Part shown: piece by piece, positions 31,429 through 46,613 of the stretch
Layout of the letters: the number at the start of each line of letters is the position of its first letter
Position numbering within the stretch: the first letter of the stretch is position 1
Source: the human T2T-CHM13v2.0 reference genome, Homo sapiens
Strand: one strand, 5' to 3'
NCBI RefSeq assembly: GCF_009914755.1
Contig: NC_060938.1
Length of the DNA: 64,000 nt
Notes under the pieces: generated by a model
What the model saw: the letters and a program-made list of their open reading frames with translations, nothing else
The model's database searches: none
What the model was told of the DNA's origin: nothing
Program-made: the position numbers and the translations under genes

Positions 31429-31789
31429 GCGAATTTTTTAAAAAATGAAAAATATTGAAGAGGATGGGGAAGGAAAGAACTGACTTACGTCATTTTGAAA
31501 AACAGTTACTTTGACTAGATCTTATATGACGAAAGACACAAGAATCTGCACATGGGGCATAGGTGAGCAGTTCTGTAACTACTTTATGTTTATATACTAG
31601 GAACAAATAAGTATAGATAATGAGAACTGGGTTTCTCACTGTTAGTGAAAGAAGCCACAAATAAGGAAAGGAGAAACACAAATAAGCTTTGTGTTGTTGG
31701 ACTGGAATCAGATGTATCAGTGTGAACTTATGTTTTTTTTTAATGGATACACAAGTATAGAATGTGTGTGTGTGTTTCTGTTTGTGGTT

Positions 31790-31824
31790 TACGCTTGATC
31801 TTAGCCAAAAGGCCGAGAAGCAAT
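31790..31824 (-). pseudogene. RNU2 pseudogene: 3'-truncated, tailless U2 snRNA retrocopy (U2 nt 1-35)
   Basis: Reverse complement attgcttctcggccttttggctaagatcaagcgta versus U2 atcgcttctcggccttttggctaagatcaagtgta (33/35); flanking direct repeat tctgtttgtggttt / tgtgtctgtggttt. Confidence 0.93.
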
Positions 31825-32271
31825 TGTGTCTGTGGTTTAATTCTAACTGTCCACTGAGTGGAACTTAATAACAATGAACATGCCTGATTTCTAGACCTTG
31901 GTTTCTCCAATAAAAAGAACCAGAGTTCCACAGGAAAAATGGTAGATTCCAGGGTTTGGGCACAGAAAATACAAAATGAACTTGGAACATCATATGGTAC
32001 CAGAAAAGAAGGAAGTGTTTCAAAAGGATAGGGATATGTCAAAACGACACAGGAACCCATCTGAAGGAGCAACCAATGGTCAAATCTGAACAATTTGAGC
32101 AATAAAAAAATAATAGTACAATTGGGTTATAATCTATAGACTGAAATAAACATCCATGAGTCCATACTGATATAAATAAATAATTGAATAAATAGGAGAG
32201 AAGAGATAGTTTTTCCTTACAGAATATTTCCACATCTAGTAATTCAAGTCTAGAATCCTTGAATTTCTAGT

Positions 32272-32445
32272 TGTGGTAGACAGAAAAATGTCCCCCACTC
32301 CTCAAAGATGTCCATGCTGTAATCCCTAGAACCTGTAAACATGTTACCTTACATGGCAAAGGGATTCTACAGATGCAATTAAGGCCTTTGAGATGAGGAG
32401 ATTATCCTGAATCATCTGTGTGGGCCTGAGGTAATCACAATCACT
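32272..32445 (+). mobile_element. MLT1 (D/E-like) LTR 5' fragment
   Basis: tgtggtagacagaa..aaagatgtccatg..taatccctagaacctgt..accttacatggcaaaggg. Confidence 0.75.
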
Positions 32446-32729
32446 CTTGGAATTAATGTTGCACATTTAGGGAATTCTTCAAAAAAATAAAAAATAACAT
32501 ATTACATAACTAACAAACTAATGAGGGAGGCCAGTGGAATGGTAACAAACAAACAAAAACTTTGATTAATCCTAAAGAGGGCAAAAGAGAACAGAAAAAG
32601 AAACAGAAAACAGGTAGGACAAAATAGAAAGGTAGAAAAATTAGCAAAATGGTAGATTTCAACCCAAGACATGGAATGAAATGAATAAAGCAAGAGGCTG
32701 AACTCTACATCATTTAAGAAATTATTTTA

Positions 32730-33018
<289 letters not shown>

Positions 33019-33617
33019 TTATTTTAATAGGTTTGTCAATTCTGGGAATATCTCTGGAAGAATACACAGTGTTTCCCTAGGGGCTCAGATGAGAGGAAGG
33101 CTTCTCTTTCATTATTTACCTTTATTTGAAATTTTGACCATGTGAATGTATTACATTTCCATTTTAAAAATGTTAATTAAAATAAATATTTGTTGAATGA
33201 GTATACTGGATATGAAAATTCATAGAACAGACTTATCTTTTTGGTTTATATTTAGATTTTCTGGTCCTTTCCCCTGCACCTAATTTTCTCTCTTCTATTT
33301 CTGTCTTCCTTTTTCCTTTTAACATTTTGTGCCCAGTGAGGGATTACAATGGCTTACTGCAAATATTGCAATTTAAGAAACATAATACACTCCATCCTTT
33401 ATCTGGACTGGACCATGGCCCCCTGGCTCTGGAACAAAATCTGTCCAGGGGTTTTTCCAGGATTCTGACCTGGAACTGGCTGTCAAGACCTAAGAACAGT
33501 GATGATGAAACCAGTCCTCTGGCCACCTTAGCCATAGCCACCAAAGTGTGAGGAAGTGCCCCCTACTTCCCAAGGAGCCTTCTTCACAGAACAGAAAATC
33601 CAGAGAATCTACTTTCA

Positions 33618-33950
<333 letters not shown>

Positions 33951-34520
33951 TCAGCAGTAGCTGTGATTGGGAGCCTGCTGTGCTGGGATGATGTCTCCAG
34001 GAGCATTACTCAGCAACTGCAGAAGTGTGCAGTAATAGACAACAAGGAGACAGAAGTGAGGGTTTCCCGAACAGGTACCGGAAAACATCCTGTACAGCCT
34101 CAGAAATGCTTTTCTGTAGCTGATCCCTGGTGGTTTAGCACAGGAGGCTGCCTCACCAAGGAGTGGGCTGCCTCTCAGAGCAGGCAGAAAACACCCAGGC
34201 AGAAATCCTCTTACTTTAAGCTTGAAATGCTGTTGATTTGCAGGGATTGGTCTCTGGTGATCTTTAAGACCAAACTTAAATGTCTGCATATATGAAATTT
34301 TTTCATTCAACAAACTTAGTGGCTGTGTACTGTAAGCCAAGTATCATGGGCTTTGATTTATCAGTGTTTGGAGGAGAATAGGAAGAAAAGCATATCAGGG
34401 AGGAGAGAGTTTTATAACCTCAGCTTCTCACCAGTAGACAAGCAATATGGCAGTAAGACAAGGAGGAGTCCCAGAAGTAATCACCCTCATTTCTTTTCTG
34501 TGAGACCAGTTGTTATAAAC

Positions 34521-35137
<617 letters not shown>

Positions 35138-35812
35138 TCATCTGAACACATCCAAAACTAAACATTTCTTAGTAGGGATTGGTGGGCAGGAGAAACTTAG
35201 GGCCACGTAGATTGGTGGCCAGTTTAGGATTGAACCTTGGCATAACTTAGTGTGTACTTTTTCTAGGAGAGTTAATGCTTTATAGCTGTACACACGAGGC
35301 AGAATGAATGATGCAATTCAGCAGTGATTAAAGGCGGAGCAGGTTCCTCCCACATCTGCTTTTCTTGGCAACTGAATAGCAGTCAGTGTGAAAGGGGATG
35401 GAGAAATGTCGTGGATATTCAGGTCCATGGAGGCAGCAATTAGAAGCACTGGATGTGATGAACACCTAGTTACTACATGAATGGATCATAAAACAAAATG
35501 TTGAATGAAAAAAGTAGGAAACAAAATGAGAATGCCAAACTGTTTATGTCAATTAAAAATATATGCATGCAAATCAACAATTTGCATCTTTTATACCACT
35601 TATAAGCACAGAGATACACATTGAACACATTACAATTGCCTTGTGAGGGAAGACAAAGGGAGTGGCTTTGGGAAAAAAGAGTGAATCAATTAATAAATAG
35701 GACAATGGAGAGGCCTTGCATGGACAGATGATGATACTGTGATAAAGTGGTGATAACAGCTGAGGACTTTAACTGACAGCACCTGAAGTCCAAGGACAAC
35801 AAAGTAACAACT

Positions 35813-36070
35813 GAAAAGAAAGGAAGGAGGAAAGGAGGGTAAGGGAAGGAGGGAGAGAGGGAAAGATGGGAGAAAAGGGAGGGAGAGAGAAGGAAAGAAA
35901 GAAGGAAGGGAGGAAGGGAGGGAGGGCGAAGGAAAAGAGGGAAGGAGAAGGAAGAAAGGACAGAAAGGAGAAAGGGAGGGAGGGAGAAAGTGAGGGACAG
36001 AAAGAGGGAGAAGGAAGAAAGCAAGGAAAGAAGGGAATGAGGGAGAAGGAAGGAAGAAAGGAGGAAACAA
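35813..36070. repeat. Polypurine (GA-rich) low-complexity tract, followed by (TG)n at about 36210-36258
   Basis: About 250 bp almost entirely G/A on the + strand. Confidence 0.9.
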
Positions 36071-39000
36071 GGCTGGAAGAATCTGGAGACATACACTGCT
36101 TCTGTTACAGCTTTGACAACTACATGGGTTTGGGACCCGTGACGACCTGTAAGGACTCAGCTTGCAAACAATCCAGCGTCTTAATGGAGGCAGTGGTGGT
36201 AGTGATGGTGATGTGTGCATGTGTGCGTGTCTGTGTGTGTGTGTGTATGTGTGTGTGTGGCATAAGTAGGGTAGGGGTCAGAGCTGGGAAACCCAAGCCA
36301 AATGAGTTCAGTCTAGGGCTAGATAGGATGTAAGAGTCCCAGGAAAGTTGAGGTTCAAGCCCCAGTTGGAATTGACAGCCCAGTCAACCTGCTGCTCTGG
36401 CAATGGGGGGTGAGTGTAGTGTGGGTTGGGGAGGGCTTTCGCGCTCTGGACACTCACATGGGGCATGTTGAGAGTGAGCTCTAATATAATAACTAGGTTC
36501 TGCGTGGCCCAAGGACAGAGTAGAAGCCTTGGGCAGCAACGGGTTAAAGGACTTCAGAGACAATCACCAGAGTCTATAGGTGAATGTTCTCATCCTGTGC
36601 TTAATCTCCACAACTTGGTTTAATAATTTCTGTTCTAATACTTATGGGTTGTTTTGCTGGTCAAATGAGATGGCTATGCATAAAAGAACCATGGAAAAAT
36701 AAAGTACCCCTTACTTCAGTTATTAATATATTTAAGCAGTTTCTTAGAATATAATTTCTTCTTCCTATCCACGCATCAGCCCAGTTTGCTGGATAGGAAC
36801 TAAAAAAGGGAGCTAGTAAAAATTCCTAGGAGCCATTTTACTCCAAAAGATGTGAGAAAAAACATAATAGCTTTTATGTTACTTTAGTTACCTTTTTCAA
36901 AAGGAACATGTATTATTACACATAATTTTGTCCTTAACCCTCAAAAACTAAATTAGCCTTTCCATGGTTTTCAAACATTTCTGAGGTACATCTCAGAACT
37001 GCCCAACCTACTGTTAATGTCAATCATGCTGTCCTAGCTGCTGACACTAGAACTTTGTCCAGTCGTAATATATCAGCGCTGGAAAAGAAGAAAAATTGAG
37101 ACATTTCTAAAACTCACAAGTCAGTGGACTTTAGGTGTCAGGAAAGAAAAGGAAAGCCCATTGTGAGAATTGTTCTTGCTAACCCAACTAAGATGGTATT
37201 TTTAAGGAATATGATAAATATGCTGGTATCATTTTCTATTATCAAATAACTTAGATATGTTTCTAAAATAACCTTTTTCTCATTTAAAAATAATTTGGAA
37301 ATTATGTAGGATCTAACAAAAAAGTGAAACTCACCTGTAACCCACCAAACATTCAGGGAATACACATAGACACACACACGTATATATGTATATATATGTG
37401 CATATATTGCATATATTATACTCATTTTTTGCAACAACAGGTTGCAAACTATATACACAGTACTGAGTTCTGCTATTTTTAAAATATAGCCTTACATCAC
37501 TAGCCCCTTTTCGTGTTACTAAGTTTTTCTCGGTAACATGATTGTTAAGTACCAAGTAACATTTCATTGTACAAATATGCCATGGTTTATTGGACCTTTT
37601 CTATAGTTAGTTTACTTATAATAGTCATTCCTATTGCTAATAGTAATGACTGTTGTAAGTAACATTTTCATAAACTTTCTTTTATATAAATCTTTAATAG
37701 CATTGCTAATTGTTTCCTAGTATAGATTCTTGAAATTGGAATTACCCGGACACGATATGTTATCACTTCTAAGTCTAGCGATATATGGTTCTAAGTTGCT
37801 TTTTCGAACCATTGTAATAGTGTACTCCAATCAGCAGTCTATGTCCTTCCACACCCTTACCAGCACTGAGTTTCATCTTTAAAAAAATCGTGGCCAATTT
37901 GAAAAGTGCAGTGGACAAATTGCTTAATTCTTCCCAGCATACTTTTGGGGGACATTCTTTCTCCATTTCATAATCATTCGTATCAGACCTTAGAAGCATA
38001 GGCAGTATTCAATGATGGCATGTATATTGTATGCTTCCATGTGACACCACCACATATTTTATTGCTTAAATTGTCTTTGCATTATAAAAAAGGAAAACTC
38101 CCACAATCCATGTTATTTTAGAAAGTATCTTATGCCAACAGCATCTTGCATACATATTACTATTCTAGAGGAAGTCAAGCTTCATTGGGTCAGGACTTCC
38201 CTTTCAGTGATTGAAAAAAAAAACAAAACTCCCTAAGGCCTATTTTCTTTTTGGATATTTGACTCCGCACAGTGTCAGCCCTCTTATAGCTGATGCAAAT
38301 TAAGGTATTTATAGCCCAGAGTGTGACACCTTATGGAAGGCATATAGGAAGAACAGGGTGGGCAGCCAGGATGAGGTAGGGAGGGATGTGGCGAAAAACA
38401 CTGTGTGACTCCACCCAAAATTGCAGGAGACAGAAATAAAAAAAGAGTGCATAGAACAAAGCAAACACCAAGTAGCAGGAGGTGATATTTTCCAGGGCTT
38501 GAGGTGTAATTCACTTTTAAACAAAAGCATTCCCTTACATAAATGACACATTGCTTTTTCACTGTCCAGCTTTTATTGAGGAGAGACGCAAGAATAAACT
38601 CGGAAAAAAACACCCAGAAATCTTTGGAGAACAGGATGAAAGACCTATGTGCACAAAAACCTGGGCTCAGGGATTTAGGTTCCAGAAACCTCTAGTTAAG
38701 ACTTTTATATCTCTTACTGGATGAAAGTGGGCTCCTTCCAGGAGGCACCTGTAATTTACCTGTTCACATATTACTTTGTTCTGAGAGTCAACAACAGTAG
38801 AGTCAAATAGTTTTTTTTTTTTTTTTTTTTTTTTTTTGCTTATGAGTACAGGAGATAATACCCAACATGGTTGTTTTGGTTGTTTTACTAAAGAGTTACG
38901 ATGTTTAGGGGGAAAAACACTAAACATCATAACTCTTTAGTAAAGAGTTTGGAGGCAAGTGCCTTCCGTTTGGAGGCAAGTGCTTAAATCTCTCTCAACT

Positions 39001-39726
39001 AGCCATTCCTGAAAAAGAGTTTATTCATAACTCAAGGCTCCATGACTTCCCTTTGGCAGCTCCTGGAATTGTTTGCATCACGTCTGGATGGAAACAGCCA
39101 GTCTCTGCAGGGTTTCCCTGGCAAACATTACAGAATAGTTGCTTCTGAGTCATCCCTGAGAAGGGATGCTGCAGAGGAAAGAAAAAGGCATAAACCAACT
39201 ATTATAGGCTAAGAGAAATACCCCAATTAATTTGTTGTTTTTGCAAAAGTATACACTCTTTTAACCCACTATAATGAGCTAACCAATTATTCAGGTATTA
39301 TCTCTCACTCCAAACCCGCTCCCTACATAATATTTTGTAATACTGAACCTGAGACTCTGCAAAGCACACTTCTGCTTTGCTGGATGGCTCTCTACTATAC
39401 TTTGCAACAGGGGATGCTACAGGGAGACTGTGATGCTGAGCAGGCAGGGGACTTGCTTTTATTTACTTTCTGCTGGTTCTTTTTCCTATCAGGGTTATCC
39501 CAGCCAGTTGGGCACCTAGCGGGGCTGCTTTCTGCAGTTGCTACCTCTGTGATACCACAGAATTCTCTTACTGTTCTTTCAGATGCCGAGATAACAATTG
39601 TACATCCAGTTAACAATTCTTTAGCGTGTGCCCAGCACAGAACTAGACTATGGGGACATGGTGATGACGAGACATCATCACTGCCCTCGTGGTGTAACTG
39701 TTTAGTAGCTGATGAAAGATGATGCC

Positions 39727-40050
39727 TGTCTTAGTCCATTTTGTACTGCTATAACAGAATACCACAGATTGGGTAATTTATAAAGAACAGAAATTTATTT
39801 CCTCAGTTCTAGAGGTTGGAAAGTCCAAGATCCAGGTGCTAGCCTCTGGTTCCAAGATGGTGCCTTATTGCTGCATCCTCTGGAGAGGAGGGACGTTGTG
39901 ACCTCACATGGCCGGAGAGCAGGAGAGAGAGAACTCACTCCCACACATCCTTTTTATAGCGGCATTGATCCACTCAGTAGGGCAGAGCCCTCATGACCAA
40001 AACACCTCTTATTAGGCCCCACCTCTCAATACTGTTGCATTGGGGGTTAA
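39727..40050 (-). mobile_element. MST-type MaLR LTR (partial)
   Basis: tgtcttagtccattttgtactgctataacagaataccacagattgggtaatttataaag. Confidence 0.85.
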
Positions 40051-40146
40051 AAATACCCATGACAGGAAGTACAACCAGGGCAGTAGGCTCTGCATGTTTC
40101 TGGTTGAATGTGGCGTGTTCCACTCTTTAATTACAGTTTAAAGTCC

Positions 40147-40185
40147 ATCTGTCTATCCTATCTATCCTATCTATCTATCTATCTG

Positions 40186-40231
<46 letters not shown>

Positions 40232-40233
40232 AT
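40147..40233. repeat. Compound (TCTA)n tetranucleotide STR
   Basis: 11 uninterrupted TCTA units from 40186, preceded by TCTG/TCCTA variants. Confidence 0.95.
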
Positions 40234-40264
40234 CTTATCTCACTTATCTGTCTTTCCCACTAGT

Positions 40265-40500
40265 GTGATATGATGAGAGGTTAAGAGCCCCAGGCTCTGG
40301 AGTCAGACCACCAGTATTCCTGGCTCTGTTCCTCACGAATTGTATGTCTAAGGCCATGCTGCTTACCCACCCTAAGCCTTGATTTCCTCTTCTGTAAAAT
40401 GGGAACATCAGTATCTACTTCTAGCTCCTGGGGCTTTAAGGACTGTATGAAATAATGCATTTTACATGCTCAGCCTGGTACTTATTACCCACTAAGTACA
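40265..40500 (+). mobile_element. MIR
   Basis: ggttaagagc..ggctctggagtcagac..tttcctcttctgtaaaatggg. Confidence 0.75.
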
Positions 40501-41650
40501 CATCCAACTTTGGCTGTCAAATCTGAGACTCTCCCAGATTCCCAGGGTCAGCTGGCTAACTTTTCCTTTTGTGTTAAGAAGCAGCTTGGGGGAAAACATG
40601 GTTGTGAGCAAGATAGGAGGGAGAAAAACAGAGTTCTATCATGTGGTTCTCAGTAATAGTGACAGCACTACCACCACTAACAACAGCAACAATGCAGTAA
40701 TTTCAATACCGGCATTATTTATCAGCCAAGAAGCCAGCACAGAGAATAGAAAACTAGGCCGGGCTCTCCTTTCTTAAGGCATCTATTGGACTGGAATTAG
40801 GCTGAGAAACATCACAATCAGAGATGTTAGTGGTGGGAGGTCAGAGCTGAGCAAATGAAGCATTAAGAGCTGGTGGGGAATAATGGAGACTTATAAAACA
40901 AACAAACAAACAAACAAACAAAACAAACTGGGATGTGCCTGTTAGTCATGATGAGCTCTAAAGAAGTGGAAATCAGGAGCCTTGGAGTGTGAGCCCAGCC
41001 AACAGCTAGGGAAAGCAGCCCAAAAGAGGAGCCCAAAAGAGTCCCCAAAGAGGAGAAGCAGGCTACTTTTCAGTCCATCACTGGAAAATGTAAAAAAAGT
41101 TTTTGAAGACTGTTTTGAAATGTATATTGCTAATGCCTCACAGCAGAAGTATGCAATTCCTGTCTCCAAATAGTTGTAAATCTCTAAATCTCAATTTTTG
41201 TACCTTACATGTTTGTCAGAGGGGTTTTATGAGTCCATTTCCTTACTCTGTGCACAGTCTTCTATCAAGGTTCTTTCAAATTCAGTACTCTGCCATTGTC
41301 ATCACTATCTATTACAGAATGCCCTCTAGAGCATTTGGCAAACTCTTAATGATCAACTCTCATGGCATCCTGTGTTGTTGAATTACCTTGACTTCCCAAA
41401 CAGTAAGTGGAGGGTAAGTGACTCCCTCTAGGGCTATGTTAGAAACAGGTCTCAAGAGATGCTGGAGCCCTGGGGTTGTCTGAAGATTACTTGGCTTGGG
41501 AGGACATCAAGAAGAGTTCCAGGAGTCCCCTATGCATGAAATACGTGTTGATGAAGGAAGATGTGGCTGGGCAGCAAGAGCCGAGAGAAGGAGAGAAAAT
41601 CTGATTCTCATGTTTTAACAGTGGGATGGATTGGAGGAAGAGTGTTTGCC

Positions 41651-41819
41651 CAGTGGTCTCAGAGTGTGGCCTCAGCATCAGCAGCACCTGTGGACTTAAA
41701 ATGCACGTTCCTGGGCTCCACCACAGCCCACTGATTCAGAGACTCTGTGTGTGGGGCCCAGCAGCTTGTTTCAACAAGCTTTTCAGGGGATTCTGATCCA
41801 TGAACGTGGAAAACCATGT
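41651..41819. mobile_element. MER5A-like hAT MITE
   Basis: cagcatcagcagcacctg..gattcagagactctg..tggggcccagca..aacaagc..ggggattctgat. Confidence 0.75.
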
Positions 41820-42464
41820 GTCAGCGTATGGGTGGCTTTTACGACCAAACTTGTAAAGTAGCTGAAAGGGGCTCGGAGGGTGTGCTGGCCTTAAAATGAG
41901 GATGTGATGGGAAATATCAAGCCTGCCTTTCATAGGAGGATAGAAAGGAAAAGGAGGAAATGCTGTTTCTCATTGTCCTTGAAACTACAGCTTCGAACTG
42001 TGGAAAAGCAGAGGTGGAAGGAACCTTCAGTTATGGAACCTAACTCCCTTGTTTCACTTGCTGAGGAAGCTGAGGCCGGGTTGATGGAAGGAGCTGCCCA
42101 GGGGAGAGCCTGGGTCAAGACTGGAACGAGGGCTCCTGACTCCTCGCCCACAGCCCTTTCCCAGCACCAGCCATGGGGTTCCTTGGAAGGCCACCCACAG
42201 GCTCACCTCCCTGTCTAGGACTAGACACCAGGATTGTTTGCAAATCCTCCCGGGCTGCTCTTTTCTTCACACCTCTCCTTGCCTTCCATATTCCTGATGT
42301 CACTCCCTTCTGGGTGTCCTATAATGGCTCATTTATTTATTTCATTTGTGTCAGTTTTCTCAGCCTCCATAATCTGATTCCTCTATTTCTCTTCCATTTA
42401 ATATCCCTTTGCAAGCTTGATTGATGCTCTTCTTCCAGCAGGCCTACCCCTTTCTTTTCTAAAC

Positions 42465-44920
42465 CAATGGCCACTACATTTTTTCTGTAAAGTTCCAGAT
42501 AGTAAATATGTAGGTTTTGTGGGTCATATAGTTTCTGTAACAGCTGCTCAACTCTGCTGCTAACAGTGCAAAAGTAGCTGTAGACAATATGTAAATGCAT
42601 GAACATGGCTGTGCTCCAATAAAACTTTATACAAAAAGAGATAGTGGTAATAAAAATGTTCAACAAACCAGGGATAGAAGAGAACTTCCTTAACTTGATA
42701 ACGAGCATCTACAAAAAATCCACAGCTAACATCATGCTTATGCTTTCCTTCTAAGATCAGAAAAGATCAGAAACCAGAGTAAGATGTCTGTTCTCACCAC
42801 TTTTATTCAACATTGCTCTGGAAGCTTCCGCCTGGGCAATTATGCAAGAACAGTAAGTAAAAGGCATCCAGACTGAAAAAGAAGAAATAAAACTATCTCT
42901 ATTTGTAGATGACATTGTAAATAGATATATGACATTTGTATACAGAATATCCTAAATAACATGATTAGAATTAATACATAAATTTAACAAGGTTGTGGCA
43001 TACAAGATCAATTTACAGAAATGCACTGTATTTCTATACACTAACAATGACATTCCAAAACCAATTTCATTTACAACAGCATAACAAAGGATAAAATGCT
43101 TAGGAATAAATTTAACAAAGTAAGTCCAGGACTTCTGAAAACTGTAAAATATTGTTGAAAAAATTCAGAAGATCCAAATAAATGGAAAGACAGTTCATAT
43201 GTATGAATTGAAAGACAATATTGTGAAGATGGCAATACTTCCTAAATTGATCTACAGATTCAAGCAATCTCTGTCAAAATACCAGGCAGCTTTTTTTGTT
43301 TATTTTCAGAAATTTACAGAGTGATCTTAAAATTTATATGGAAATGTCAGAGACCCAGGTAGGTAAAACAATCCTGCAGAAAAAACTGAGTTGGAGGACT
43401 TACACTTTCTGATTTCAAAACTTACTACAAAGCTGTAATAACCAAGACAGTGTGGTACTGACATAAGGAGAGATATGTAGATCAATACAATATAATTGAG
43501 AATCTAGAAATAAAACCATGTGTCTATGGTCAACTAATTTTTGACAAGAGCGACAAGACCAATTAATAGAGAATGAAAAGCCTTCTAAACAAATGGTGCT
43601 GGAACAACGTGGATAACCACATGCAAAGGTTGAATTTGGACCCTTACCTCTAACCATATACAAAAGTTAACTCTAAATGGATCAAAAATACAAATGTTAC
43701 AGCTGAAACTATAAAACCCTTAGAAGAAAACACAGGGGTAAATCTGCATGACCTTGGATTTGGCAATGGATTCTTAGATATGACACCAAAAGCAGAAGCA
43801 ACAAAGGAAAAAAAAAAAAGATAAATTGGATGTCATCAAAGCTAAAAGCTTTGTGCTTCAAAAGGTACTATCAAGAAAGTAAAAAGACAATCCACAGAGG
43901 GAGAGAGAATATTTGCAAATCATATATCTGATATAGGACCTGCATCTAGAATATATGAAGAAGTCTTAACAAGTCAACAAGAAAAAGACAAGTAATCCAA
44001 TGAATAAAATGGGCAAAGGATTTGATAGACATTTCTCCAAAGAAGATATACATACCAACAAGCACAAGAGAAGATGCTTAACATCATGAGTCATTAAGGG
44101 AAATGCAGATGAAAACCACAATGAGATATTATTTCACACCCACTGGGATGGCTAGATTAAGAAAAGACAATAACAAGTGATGGCAAGGATGTGGAGAAAT
44201 TTGAATCCTCATACACTGCTGGTGGAAAAATAAAATGATGCAGCCATTTTGGAAGAGTCTGACAGCTCCTCAAATAATTAACAGAGAGTTACATATGATT
44301 CAGTAATCCCACTCCTAGGTATATACTCAAATGAAAATATATGTTCACACAAATATTTACACATAGAATTTCATAGTGGTATTCATAATAGCAAAAAGAT
44401 AAAAAACCCAATATCCATCAAATGATAAATGAATAAACAAAGTGTAGTGTATTTATATAATGGAATATTATTTGGCTTTAAAAAGCAATACTGCTACATG
44501 CATAACATGGATGGATTTTTAAAAATTATGCTAAATGAAAGAAGTCAGTAACAAGGGCGACCTATTATATGATTCCGTTTTCATTCACTTTTCAATTCAA
44601 ATTTTTAAATTTTTAGAATAGGCAAATTTATAGAGATAGAAAGTAGACTAGTGGTTGCTTAGGATGGAGGTGGGGGGAAGAAAGGAGAAAGAGGGAAATG
44701 GGGACTGACTTCTAATGAGGTTTCTTGTATACGGAATGAAAATACCAAAATTAGATGGTGGTGATGGTTGCACAACTGTGTGAATTTACTAGAAGACTGA
44801 ATTTTATACTTTAAATGGTGAATTGTATGGTATCTAAATTATAATTTAAAAAGCTATTAAAAACAAACAAACAGATGTCAGGCTTTATTTGACCTGTAGG
44901 CTATACTTTGCTGATCCCTG
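42465..44920. mobile_element. MER58A-like hAT MITE split by an L1MB
   Basis: Arms at 42465-42635 and 44870-44920; 8-bp TSD ttctaaac/ctctaaac. Confidence 0.8.
42650..44870 (+). mobile_element. 5'-truncated L1MB-type LINE (3' ORF2 and 3'UTR)
   Basis: ctacaaagctgtaataaccaagacagtgtggtactg, ggcaaggatgtggagaaa, gtgatggttgcacaactgtgtgaat. Confidence 0.9.
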
Positions 44921-46613
44921 CTCTAAACTTACCCATCATCGAAGATTCTGTTAAGTCTTTCCCATTGTTCTCACCAATTTTGCAAAGAGTGTCCTGGCTC
45001 ATCTCCTTGACCCGTTAGCTCTCTTCAACTTTTTGATAGCTAAAAATCCATAAGTCAGCATTATGCTAAGTTCTGCTTTCTGCACTTGACCAAGGACAAG
45101 TGCTTATCAGAATTCCAGAAAGATTCATTCTTGTATTTTCTTCCTAATGTTTTGATCTAATCAAGAGGACAGAGTGAGGGGGTCCTATGGCCAGGCCATC
45201 CATTAGACATGACTATCATCTTGTGGTTCCTGGAATCTGCCAGGTCAAGTGCCTTTTGCATGGATACTAAATTTGTCAAGTGAATGATGTGGTCCTCCTG
45301 GTCAAGAACTTTTTAGATTCTGCCCACTGTGACACTGGCGCCTCATCATTTTAGACCCAGGAAACCACATACCTTGGCTCTGGAATTACAAAACAAACAC
45401 ATCTGGCCCTGATATGCTGCTGCCAAAGTTTATTCTACTCCAAATCTTATTTCTGACCAAAATAAGAATATTCTGTGGAATTAAGAGAGAATAAGAAGAG
45501 AAGTGACAAAGTGGCAGAGAAGGGAAAGAGTCATGGTAATCTAGGGGAGAAAAAGAGAGTTTAGGAATGTAATGCAATACTGTGTATGCCAAGACCAAGA
45601 TGTCTGTAGGGGGAAAAAGTTGCTTTACTGTTGCTTTTAATGCTTCATGCCTTCCTAAAGCTGGTCATAAAAACTCTTGGAATAATAGTAAGAAAAGTGA
45701 GGTTGATGTTTGTTGGGGATGATGTTGGGGTGGGCTTGCTGGTGTGACAGTTCAATAGATCCCCGGACCGGACCAGAAGCCTGGCTTAGCTCACTGCGGG
45801 TGGCCTTGACACCCACTTCAAGGAGGGGGAGGGTGAGGCCGCTGGTCACAGGAGTGCATCTCAGCGCAGCAACATCAGGCTTTTAAAAAGGTGCCAGGTC
45901 AGAAATGTGCATTGAATAGCTTGCTGCTATTTCATTTTAATTTTTTTCAATAAATCTCCATATCACAATCATTATCAAAAATTACTTATAGAAATTAAAG
46001 TTTCTTTTTAAGTTGGGTCCCCAGTGTATTTGTCAGCATTATGAAGTGATTTTTTTTTTTAATGGGTTTTAAGAGGGTGGTGAATGGGTGATCTCCCAGC
46101 TTGGAGAGGAGGAGCTGGAGGCAGTGGTGGAGTCATTCCCTGCTGTGTGTGTGAGAGCTAATGGTTTGAGACTTTCCTTCTGCCAGCAGCACTGTAGGGC
46201 CTACGCTGACTGTCTCTGTTTCCTTCTCTTTTTTTTTTTTTTCTGTCAAAAAGATAACACTGATCATCTCAAATATCTCTTGGCCTGTCAGATTTGTATC
46301 ACATTCTAAGTACAGAAACTCTGAGCCAGAAAGGGCATCACACCTTTCCCTGGTCTTCCTTTTACTTGAATCTCCTCCTCCCCACCCCCGCCTCCAACTC
46401 CCTCTTTTCTCAGGAACCACAGCAAAGCCCTCAGTCACCAAGCAAGAACTCATGAGCTCTCATGGTGACCCGAGCTGGGGGTCGTCTACAGCAGCAGGGT
46501 CTGAAACCCAAATTCAGTCAGACAAATGTTTTGCTGGGTCTACCATCTCTGATTTTACTTTCCTCTATCCTTAACCATGAAATAAACCACCCTGTGACAA
46601 ACCGAGGCTTGCC

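Noticed and set aside
35686-36333. Long ORFs of 107-176 aa on both strands
   Set aside because: They result from a GA-rich low-complexity tract that lacks stop codons.
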